Source of the DNA: Bispira polyomma
Taxonomy: Eukaryota
Reading direction: 5' to 3'
Assembly: GCA_965649765.1 (NCBI GenBank)
Contig: OZ287749.1
Span: forward strand, 38,254,001-38,318,000
Length of the DNA stretch: 64,000 nt
Within the stretch, counting starts at the first letter, position 1. The number at the start of each line of letters is the position of its first letter. A program made the translations under genes and the position numbers. Below are positions 20,598 through 31,300 of this stretch, piece after piece. The notes below the pieces were generated by a model. The model had not been told where the DNA came from. It ran no database searches and saw nothing but the letters and a program-made list of their open reading frames with translations.

Positions 20598-21038
20598 GTC
20601 ACTATGGTTACCTTACACACTACTACTACTGGGGTACAACTTCTGGACAAGGCACACAAGGCCAACCGTAACACTTTTGATCACTTACACACACTGTATG
20701 ACTACAGCCACAGAACACTTGACTTGGGAATCCACCCAAAATAATGAGAATCCACTCAAATATGTGTGATGAGAATCCACTCTATCACAATCCTAATACT
20801 GAGAATCCACTCAGTTATTTACCTGAACACTTGTTCACAACGTAATAACCTTAAGTTGAGTATCCACGCACCCACCCAAATAGTATGAAATCCAACACAA
20901 CTGTTCCCGGAAATAATACTATGTACCCCCCTAAGCTGATATACATATAATACATGCAACTACCTTACCCTGCCACACCTAGTATATACTTCTATGTTAC
21001 ATGTCACTAAATTTGGGATATCCTGGTCATGGCACCAA

Positions 21039-21898
21039 TGTTACATTTATGTTACATTTTAACACTAAAATGTTGGGTCAAAGATCGTATAGTAGTTCCC
21101 AAACCAAGTTTATTCTAAATACATGAAAACAACAACAATATACTATAACAAAAATAATATTTAAACACCCTAAATATCTGACGCCAGAACTATTAACGGT
21201 AATAATATTCCACAAGATGTAAACAAAACAAATGGTAAGTCAATTCAAAGTTCACAGTTGAACAACAGTTAATTTGCTGTAACTCTACACCAGCAAATAA
21301 GGTACGTATCCAGCCTGTATAGCAGTATGGTAATTCTCCTTGAATGTAATGTACATATAATAGTTCACCAGCATGTAGGAAATCAGAGTAGTCAAAGGTA
21401 ACCAGTAGCGACCTCATTATACTAGGATCACATCAGTAAGACTTGGGTAGGTATAACCTCATGTAGCCCAGTTCACTACCAGCTATAGGGTGATGCTCAC
21501 TATAGTCTACAAATAAAGGACTAAACTACTGAACATTGGGCTTGGAAATAAACTAAAGTAGTTCTCAACTGAGTATACATTAAAGCATGATAATAACAAC
21601 CTACATCTATACAATAAGAAATAAACTACACATTAAACTAAAGAATCCTAATGCACAAATTATATAAAGTAATATTTACTCACATTATACACCCCAGTAC
21701 AAAATAACCCAACTTGCTCCACCTTGTCCTTTTAACATGTGAGAAAGATTATACAAAGACAGAAGCCTAAATACCATAACAGGCAATATTCACATATTGA
21801 AAATCACACACACACAATCTGTGTTCTAACCATAGTATTTTCGTATTTAATTTACACTCAAATAACCTAACCATAATATTTACACTCAATACACAACA
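21039..21898 (-). repeat. LTR copy
   Basis: Copy of 2088-2947. Confidence 0.75.
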
Positions 21899-21991
21899 TA
21901 CTTCCACCCTAAGACCATACTTGCTATTGTTACAAAAATAACCGCCAACAACCTCACCCACAAACTACTGTTCAGCAATCTTAAAAATAAA

Positions 21992-24900
21992 TTACGCTCT
22001 GCTCAGATAGTCAGCAGCAACATTTTCTGAACTCCTTATAGCTCTAATCTTGAAACTAAATGATTGTAAGAACAATGCCCAACGCATAATGCGGCTATTA
22101 TCCATTTTTGACCTCTTAATGTAAATGAGGGGCTGATGATCAGTCTCAACTAAGAATTCTTTCCCATACAAATATGGAGCAAATTTCTTGATTGCCCAAA
22201 CTAGTGATAAGCATTCTTTCTCTATTACAGCATAGTGCTTTTGAGTATCAGACAGCTTTTTACTAGCATATTCTACAGGAAACTTGCCATCATCACCTTC
22301 CTGCATCAATACCGCTCCTATACCATATTCAGAGGCATCACTCTGCACAATAAATGGTTTCGCAAAATCTGGTAATCTTAGAATTGGTCTCTTTGCTAGA
22401 AGTTCTTTCAAAGCCTGAAAAGCTTTATCTTGAGGTTCCTGCCACAGTACTTTGTTAGGTTGACCTTTCTTAGTGAGATCCGATAATGGTGCAGAGATAG
22501 CACTGAAGTTGGGAATATACTTCGAGTAGTAACCAATAAAACCAAGGAAACTTCGCACCTGCTTCTTGGTCACAGGTATAGGCACTGACAAAATATTCAA
22601 AACCTTTTCTTCGTCCGGTTTCATAGAACCATCACCAACATGATTCCCTAAAAAATTGAGGTTTTTGAAACCTATTTGACACTTTGACGGCTTTACGGTT
22701 AAGTGCGCATTTCTGAGTCGCTGGAAGAGTTTCCTCAATTCACTCAAATGCTGGTCCCACAAAGGCGTGTGACATAGAATATCATCTACAAAACTGTCAC
22801 AGAAATACAGATCTTTCAATAACTTCCGCACCATCTTGTTGAAGGTTGCCGTAGCATTTACCAAGCCAAAAGGCATCTTGAGAAAGCGAAAGCTTCCCTG
22901 AGGAGTGAGAAAGCACGTCTTATCTTGACTACCTTCTTCCATTGGTATTTGCCAGTATCCCTTTGTCATGTCAAACTTACTGAAGAATACATCCCCTGAC
23001 AATTTTGAATATATGTCATTAGCCGTCATCATTGGCTCTGTTGAAAATACAGTTTGTAGGTTAAGATTCCGATAATCTGCACAGAAGCGAATTTTCCCGT
23101 CCTTTTTCTTCACCAGCACAATAGGTGATGCGTAAGGTGAGTCACAACTACCGATCACACCCAACTTCAGCATAGTCTCAACTTCTTCATCAACGACCTT
23201 CCGGAGATGATAAGGTATGGGATATGGCCTCTTCCTGACAGGCTCATCAGTATTCAACACAATTTTGTGCTCTACTAAATCCGTAGTGCCTGGCAAATCA
23301 GAAAATATATCTTGGTACTCTTTGAGTAACTGTTGGACTTCTTGCTTTTGATTTTCTGTTAGTGTAGGACTAATGGTCACATCTTTGTAAGATTCATTCT
23401 GAAGATACGGAAATAAATCAATTAAGTTTTCTTGCGTCTCTTCTTGTTCCTCCTCAATCAAAGATACAGCCACCATGTCCAATGGTGCACCACCAACAGG
23501 CAAGTCACTTCTCACATCACTTTCACGTCGTTCGAGGTAATGCTTCAACATGTTAGCGTGAATAACTTTCACCTTCCCTTTCATGCTGACAGAGTAGTCA
23601 TTCACACCCTTAACATCCATGACCTCATACGGACCTTTCCAAGACATCAACAGTTTATTGGCTACAGTAGGCAGTAATACCAGAACCTTATCACCAACTT
23701 GGAATTTCCTCGGTTTGGTCTTCTTATCATACCATATCTTCGATTTTGCTTGATTCTTTCTCAACTCTTCTTGGGCCAACTTACAAGTATCTTCCAATTT
23801 ATTTCTCAAATCAATAACATACTCATAGGTTGTCTTGACTTCATCTGGGGTTCCTTCCTTTGTCCACAACTCATGAAGTATCTGCATAGGTCCACGGACA
23901 GTTCTTCCATAGAGCAACTCAAATGGTGAAAATCCTAGGCTAGCTTGAGGAGTCTCTCTATAGGCAAATAAAACTGCCGGAATGTACCGGTCCCAGTCTT
24001 TAGGTTTCTCCTGACATAACCTTCTCAGCATTGACTTCAGTACAAGGTGGAATTTCTCAACAAGCCCATTGCACATGGGGTGGTACGGTGTAGTAACCAG
24101 CCGGTTGATACTCAGCAACCGTGAGACCTCAGACATCACACTGCTCAGGAACTGAGAACCTTGGTCACTCAAAACTTCTGATGGCACACCTACTCTTGTA
24201 AATATGTTGACCAATGCCTCGGCAACAGCTTCAGAATCTATGCGTTTCAATGGAACAACCTCTGGATACCTGGTGGCATAGTCCATCAAAGTTAACATAT
24301 AACGGTAGCCCCTATCTGAAACTGGATTAATGGGTCCAACCAAGTCAATCGCTACCCTTTTGAAGGGCGTGTCAATTATGGGCATGTTTTGCAATGGAAC
24401 TTTTGGCAGTCTTCCCTTCTGTGAAGTCCTCTGGCATATGTCACACGAATTACTGAATCTGCTGACATCATTTTGAAGGCCTGGCCAGTAAAAATTCTGC
24501 AAAATCTTGTCCGTTGTCTTTCGTATGCCCAAATGTCCTCCAAGTAAAGCTTCATGCGCAAGCTTTAGTACTTTTGTTCTAAGTATCTTTGGAACCATCA
24601 ATTGCTTCACCACGGAGCTGTTGACATCAGACAAAAACCTTCGGTAAAGTAGTCGAGACTTCACTTCAAACCAGGTCACATTGTTGCCTCTAACACATGA
24701 CTTCTGCCCACTCTTGGCTAACTCCCAATAACGCTCAAGGCTGCTATCAGACATCTGGGCCTCAATCAGGTAGTCAACTGTGATGCTTGCATCCAATGGG
24801 GTCATGGTATGTAATCTCTTTTTATCTGAAACTGGATTAATGGGTCCAACCAAGTCAATCGCTACCCTTTTGAAGGGCGTGTCAATTATGGGCATGTTTT

Positions 24901-26914
24901 GCAATGGAACTTTTGGCAGTCTTCCCTTCTGTGAAGTCCTCTGGCATATGTCACACGAATTACTGAATCTGCTGACATCATTTTGAAGGCCTGGCCAGTA
25001 AAAATTCTGCAAAATCTTGTCCGTTGTCTTTCGTATGCCCAAATGTCCTCCAAGTAAAGCTTCATGCGCAAGCTTTAGTACTTTTGTTCTAAGTATCTTT
25101 GGAACCATCAATTGCTTCACCACGGAGCTGTTGACATCAGACAAAAACCTTCGGTAAAGTAGTCGAGACTTCACTTCAAACCAGGTCACATTGTTGCCTC
25201 TAACACATGACTTCTGCCCACTCTTGGCTAACTCCCAATAACGCTCAAGGCTGCTATCAGACATCTGGGCCTCAATCAGGTAGTCAACTGTGATGCTTGC
25301 ATCCAATGGGGTCATGGTATGTAATCTCTTTTCAGGTCTGTCCCTTTTAGCTGCCTGACTTCGTGTTTGCACTGCATTCACACTTTGGGAATTCTGTTGC
25401 GGATCACTTGAAATAACCAGTTGAATATCTTTTCCAGAAGACATCTTCCAGTCTGGATCAGGACTCCCTGGTGACCTCACTCCAGTAATATTTCCCAGCA
25501 CAAGTGGACAGACAGGATTGTTCATGCACATCGCTTCGACAGTCCCAACAAAATATGGAGTATCAATTTCAATGGTAGCAGAGGACACTCTCTTACCTGT
25601 CCCATCCACTAATATACACAGGTGCTTCTTGCCCGTCAGCTGTTCAGGCTCCACCAAGCTTTGCTTTACCACCACACCAGTACAGCCTGTATCTCTTAAG
25701 ACATCAACAACATGGGATCCTACTTTTCCTTTTACCACAGGCATGTTCTTCAGAATACCCTTCTGTTTCTCATGTTGATCACATGCCCCACTCACAATAG
25801 GAATCTTCTTTCCACATGCCAACTTGATGTTGTCCTGACTGACACAAGCATGCTCACAAGTATGTACAGCACAAGCAGAAGAACCTTCTACACCTTTATC
25901 TTTGACCTGAGTCTTTACCGTTTCCTTCATATCTTCAGTAATCGCAGAGGCAATGGTCTTTACCCATGCTTTAGCTTTCAAATGGCAGTCTTTAGCGATA
26001 TGTCCCATTTTTCCACATTTAAAGCACTTCTTGCCAAAACTACTACCTTGCCTTTTGTTGTCCACTGAAACAGATTTACTAACAGGTGGTTTGGATGTCT
26101 GTAAATCAGGATGGGCCGCTAGGTACATCTCTGCCAGTTCCGCCATCTCTGATGCAGTTGTTGGGTTCCTTTCCTTAAGAAAAATAGCAAGACTTTTGCT
26201 ACTGGCATTAAGAAACTGTTCCCTCACTAATAAGTCTTCAATTCCGTCAAAAGACTTCTCAGTATTGCTCAGTTCCACCCAACGTTTTAAATAATTACGG
26301 AGTCTCTCCATGAACTGACCTGAGCTCTCACCAGGTGTAATTGTACCAGAACGAAACTTGACCCTGAAGCCCTCATCGTTCAGTTGGTATCTCTTGAGCA
26401 AAGCCGTCTTCAGTTTGTCATAATCATTTGCCTCCTCGTTACTGAGTCTTGAATACACTTCCAAGGCCTTACCAGTTAACAACGCACTAAGATTGATGGA
26501 CCAACTTTCCTCAGGCCACTTCTGACTTGCAGCGAAACGTTCAAAACGAAGCAAGTAAGCGTCCATATCAGACTTCCCATCTTCAAAAACAGGCAACTTT
26601 GGAGTATGCGACTTCGTATAATTCACGCTTGAAAAGGTACTTTGCTCAGCCCTGATTGAAACATCTGCAGCTCTAATCTCCAGTTCTTTCACATCTCTTT
26701 CCATCTGTAACCTCTCTCTATCACTTTGCTGTTGCAACTCGACCATATCTCTGTCATGTGCTCTTTTAAGTCGTCTCTCCTCTCTTTCTCTGTCTTGCAC
26801 CTCCCTTTCTCTTGCCTGCTCTCCAGCCTGCTCCTCTCTGACAAACTCTCTCAGTTCCAACCCTTCATAACCCAACTCCTTCCCGAGTTTAATTAAGCGC
26901 TCTAGCTGATCCAT
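21992..26914 (-). CDS. Gag-Pol polyprotein copy
   Basis: 1640-aa ORF matching 3041-7963. Confidence 0.97.
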   Translation of the reverse strand: MDQLERLIKLGKELGYEGLELREFVREEQAGEQAREREVQDREREERRLKRAHDRDMVELQQQSDRERLQMERDVKELEIRAADVSIRAEQSTFSSVNYTKSHTPKLPVFEDGKSDMDAYLLRFERFAASQKWPEESWSINLSALLTGKALEVYSRLSNEEANDYDKLKTALLKRYQLNDEGFRVKFRSGTITPGESSGQFMERLRNYLKRWVELSNTEKSFDGIEDLLVREQFLNASSKSLAIFLKERNPTTASEMAELAEMYLAAHPDLQTSKPPVSKSVSVDNKRQGSSFGKKCFKCGKMGHIAKDCHLKAKAWVKTIASAITEDMKETVKTQVKDKGVEGSSACAVHTCEHACVSQDNIKLACGKKIPIVSGACDQHEKQKGILKNMPVVKGKVGSHVVDVLRDTGCTGVVVKQSLVEPEQLTGKKHLCILVDGTGKRVSSATIEIDTPYFVGTVEAMCMNNPVCPLVLGNITGVRSPGSPDPDWKMSSGKDIQLVISSDPQQNSQSVNAVQTRSQAAKRDRPEKRLHTMTPLDASITVDYLIEAQMSDSSLERYWELAKSGQKSCVRGNNVTWFEVKSRLLYRRFLSDVNSSVVKQLMVPKILRTKVLKLAHEALLGGHLGIRKTTDKILQNFYWPGLQNDVSRFSNSCDICQRTSQKGRLPKVPLQNMPIIDTPFKRVAIDLVGPINPVSDKKRLHTMTPLDASITVDYLIEAQMSDSSLERYWELAKSGQKSCVRGNNVTWFEVKSRLLYRRFLSDVNSSVVKQLMVPKILRTKVLKLAHEALLGGHLGIRKTTDKILQNFYWPGLQNDVSRFSNSCDICQRTSQKGRLPKVPLQNMPIIDTPFKRVAIDLVGPINPVSDRGYRYMLTLMDYATRYPEVVPLKRIDSEAVAEALVNIFTRVGVPSEVLSDQGSQFLSSVMSEVSRLLSINRLVTTPYHPMCNGLVEKFHLVLKSMLRRLCQEKPKDWDRYIPAVLFAYRETPQASLGFSPFELLYGRTVRGPMQILHELWTKEGTPDEVKTTYEYVIDLRNKLEDTCKLAQEELRKNQAKSKIWYDKKTKPRKFQVGDKVLVLLPTVANKLLMSWKGPYEVMDVKGVNDYSVSMKGKVKVIHANMLKHYLERRESDVRSDLPVGGAPLDMVAVSLIEEEQEETQENLIDLFPYLQNESYKDVTISPTLTENQKQEVQQLLKEYQDIFSDLPGTTDLVEHKIVLNTDEPVRKRPYPIPYHLRKVVDEEVETMLKLGVIGSCDSPYASPIVLVKKKDGKIRFCADYRNLNLQTVFSTEPMMTANDIYSKLSGDVFFSKFDMTKGYWQIPMEEGSQDKTCFLTPQGSFRFLKMPFGLVNATATFNKMVRKLLKDLYFCDSFVDDILCHTPLWDQHLSELRKLFQRLRNAHLTVKPSKCQIGFKNLNFLGNHVGDGSMKPDEEKVLNILSVPIPVTKKQVRSFLGFIGYYSKYIPNFSAISAPLSDLTKKGQPNKVLWQEPQDKAFQALKELLAKRPILRLPDFAKPFIVQSDASEYGIGAVLMQEGDDGKFPVEYASKKLSDTQKHYAVIEKECLSLVWAIKKFAPYLYGKEFLVETDHQPLIYIKRSKMDNSRIMRWALFLQSFSFKIRAIRSSENVAADYLSRA

Positions 26915-27355
26915 GTCACTATGGTTACCTTACACACTACTACTACTGGGGTACAACTTCTGGACAAGGCACACAAGGCCAACCGTAACACTTTTGATCA
27001 CTTACACACACTGTATGACTACAGCCACAGAACACTTGACTTGGGAATCCACCCAAAATAATGAGAATCCACTCAAATATGTGTGATGAGAATCCACTCT
27101 ATCACAATCCTAATACTGAGAATCCACTCAGTTATTTACCTGAACACTTGTTCACAACGTAATAACCTTAAGTTGAGTATCCACGCACCCACCCAAATAG
27201 TATGAAATCCAACACAACTGTTCCCGGAAATAATACTATGTACCCCCCTAAGCTGATATACATATAATACATGCAACTACCTTACCCTGCCACACCTAGT
27301 ATATACTTCTATGTTACATGTCACTAAATTTGGGATATCCTGGTCATGGCACCAA

Positions 27356-28215
27356 TGTTACATTTATGTTACATTTTAACACTAAAATGTTGGGTCAAAG
27401 ATCGTATAGTAGTTCCCAAACCAAGTTTATTCTAAATACATGAAAACAACAACAATATACTATAACAAAAATAATATTTAAACACCCTAAATATCTGACG
27501 CCAGAACTATTAACGGTAATAATATTCCACAAGATGTAAACAAAACAAATGGTAAGTCAATTCAAAGTTCACAGTTGAACAACAGTTAATTTGCTGTAAC
27601 TCTACACCAGCAAATAAGGTACGTATCCAGCCTGTATAGCAGTATGGTAATTCTCCTTGAATGTAATGTACATATAATAGTTCACCAGCATGTAGGAAAT
27701 CAGAGTAGTCAAAGGTAACCAGTAGCGACCTCATTATACTAGGATCACATCAGTAAGACTTGGGTAGGTATAACCTCATGTAGCCCAGTTCACTACCAGC
27801 TATAGGGTGATGCTCACTATAGTCTACAAATAAAGGACTAAACTACTGAACATTGGGCTTGGAAATAAACTAAAGTAGTTCTCAACTGAGTATACATTAA
27901 AGCATGATAATAACAACCTACATCTATACAATAAGAAATAAACTACACATTAAACTAAAGAATCCTAATGCACAAATTATATAAAGTAATATTTACTCAC
28001 ATTATACACCCCAATACAAAATAACCCAACTTGCTCCACCTTGTCCTTTTAACATGTGAGAAAGATTATACAAAGACAGAAGCCTAAATACCATAACAGG
28101 CAATATTCACATATTGAAAATCACACACACACAATCTGTGTTCTAACCATAGTATTTTCGTATTTAATTTACACTCAAATAACCTAACCATAATATTTAC
28201 ACTCAATACACAACA
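27356..28215 (-). repeat. LTR copy (G>A at 28014)
   Basis: Copy of 2088-2947; reads ccccaataca instead of ccccagtaca. Confidence 0.75.
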
Positions 28216-28308
28216 TACTTCCACCCTAAGACCATACTTGCTATTGTTACAAAAATAACCGCCAACAACCTCACCCACAAACTACTGTTCAGCAATCTTA
28301 AAAATAAA

Positions 28309-31300
28309 TTACGCTCTGCTCAGATAGTCAGCAGCAACATTTTCTGAACTCCTTATAGCTCTAATCTTGAAACTAAATGATTGTAAGAACAATGCCCAAC
28401 GCATAATGCGGCTATTATCCATTTTTGACCTCTTAATGTAAATGAGGGGCTGATGATCAGTCTCAACTAAGAATTCTTTCCCATACAAATATGGAGCAAA
28501 TTTCTTGATTGCCCAAACTAGTGATAAGCATTCTTTCTCTATTACAGCATAGTGCTTTTGAGTATCAGACAGCTTTTTACTAGCATATTCTACAGGAAAC
28601 TTGCCATCATCACCTTCCTGCATCAATACCGCTCCTATACCATATTCAGAGGCATCACTCTGCACAATAAATGGTTTCGCAAAATCTGGTAATCTTAGAA
28701 TTGGTCTCTTTGCTAGAAGTTCTTTCAAAGCCTGAAAAGCTTTATCTTGAGGTTCCTGCCACAGTACTTTGTTAGGTTGACCTTTCTTAGTGAGATCCGA
28801 TAATGGTGCAGAGATAGCACTGAAGTTGGGAATATACTTCGAGTAGTAACCAATAAAACCAAGGAAACTTCGCACCTGCTTCTTGGTCACAGGTATAGGC
28901 ACTGACAAAATATTCAAAACCTTTTCTTCGTCCGGTTTCATAGAACCATCACCAACATGATTCCCTAAAAAATTGAGGTTTTTGAAACCTATTTGACACT
29001 TTGACGGCTTTACGGTTAAGTGCGCATTTCTGAGTCGCTGGAAGAGTTTCCTCAATTCACTCAAATGCTGGTCCCACAAAGGCGTGTGACATAGAATATC
29101 ATCTACAAAACTGTCACAGAAATACAGATCTTTCAATAACTTCCGCACCATCTTGTTGAAGGTTGCCGTAGCATTTACCAAGCCAAAAGGCATCTTGAGA
29201 AAGCGAAAGCTTCCCTGAGGAGTGAGAAAGCACGTCTTATCTTGACTACCTTCTTCCATTGGTATTTGCCAGTATCCCTTTGTCATGTCAAACTTACTGA
29301 AGAATACATCCCCTGACAATTTTGAATATATGTCATTAGCCGTCATCATTGGCTCTGTTGAAAATACAGTTTGTAGGTTAAGATTCCGATAATCTGCACA
29401 GAAGCGAATTTTCCCGTCCTTTTTCTTCACCAGCACAATAGGTGATGCGTAAGGTGAGTCACAACTACCGATCACACCCAACTTCAGCATAGTCTCAACT
29501 TCTTCATCAACGACCTTCCGGAGATGATAAGGTATGGGATATGGCCTCTTCCTGACAGGCTCATCAGTATTCAACACAATTTTGTGCTCTACTAAATCCG
29601 TAGTGCCTGGCAAATCAGAAAATATATCTTGGTACTCTTTGAGTAACTGTTGGACTTCTTGCTTTTGATTTTCTGTTAGTGTAGGACTAATGGTCACATC
29701 TTTGTAAGATTCATTCTGAAGATACGGAAATAAATCAATTAAGTTTTCTTGCGTCTCTTCTTGTTCCTCCTCAATCAAAGATACAGCCACCATGTCCAAT
29801 GGTGCACCACCAACAGGCAAGTCACTTCTCACATCACTTTCACGTCGTTCGAGGTAATGCTTCAACATGTTAGCGTGAATAACTTTCACCTTCCCTTTCA
29901 TGCTGACAGAGTAGTCATTCACACCCTTAACATCCATGACCTCATACGGACCTTTCCAAGACATCAACAGTTTATTGGCTACAGTAGGCAGTAATACCAG
30001 AACCTTATCACCAACTTGGAATTTCCTCGGTTTGGTCTTCTTATCATACCATATCTTCGATTTTGCTTGATTCTTTCTCAACTCTTCTTGGGCCAACTTA
30101 CAAGTATCTTCCAATTTATTTCTCAAATCAATAACATACTCATAGGTTGTCTTGACTTCATCTGGGGTTCCTTCCTTTGTCCACAACTCATGAAGTATCT
30201 GCATAGGTCCACGGACAGTTCTTCCATAGAGCAACTCAAATGGTGAAAATCCTAGGCTAGCTTGAGGAGTCTCTCTATAGGCAAATAAAACTGCCGGAAT
30301 GTACCGGTCCCAGTCTTTAGGTTTCTCCTGACATAACCTTCTCAGCATTGACTTCAGTACAAGGTGGAATTTCTCAACAAGCCCATTGCACATGGGGTGG
30401 TACGGTGTAGTAACCAGCCGGTTGATACTCAGCAACCGTGAGACCTCAGACATCACACTGCTCAGGAACTGAGAACCTTGGTCACTCAAAACTTCTGATG
30501 GCACACCTACTCTTGTAAATATGTTGACCAATGCCTCGGCAACAGCTTCAGAATCTATGCGTTTCAATGGAACAACCTCTGGATACCTGGTGGCATAGTC
30601 CATCAAAGTTAACATATAACGGTAGCCCCTATCTGAAACTGGATTAATGGGTCCAACCAAGTCAATCGCTACCCTTTTGAAGGGCGTGTCAATTATGGGC
30701 ATGTTTTGCAATGGAACTTTTGGCAGTCTTCCCTTCTGTGAAGTCCTCTGGCATATGTCACACGAATTACTGAATCTGCTGACATCATTTTGAAGGCCTG
30801 GCCAGTAAAAATTCTGCAAAATCTTGTCCGTTGTCTTTCGTATGCCCAAATGTCCTCCAAGTAAAGCTTCATGCGCAAGCTTTAGTACTTTTGTTCTAAG
30901 TATCTTTGGAACCATCAATTGCTTCACCACGGAGCTGTTGACATCAGACAAAAACCTTCGGTAAAGTAGTCGAGACTTCACTTCAAACCAGGTCACATTG
31001 TTGCCTCTAACACATGACTTCTGCCCACTCTTGGCTAACTCCCAATAACGCTCAAGGCTGCTATCAGACATCTGGGCCTCAATCAGGTAGTCAACTGTGA
31101 TGCTTGCATCCAATGGGGTCATGGTATGTAATCTCTTTTTATCTGAAACTGGATTAATGGGTCCAACCAAGTCAATCGCTACCCTTTTGAAGGGCGTGTC
31201 AATTATGGGCATGTTTTGCAATGGAACTTTTGGCAGTCTTCCCTTCTGTGAAGTCCTCTGGCATATGTCACACGAATTACTGAATCTGCTGACATCATTT

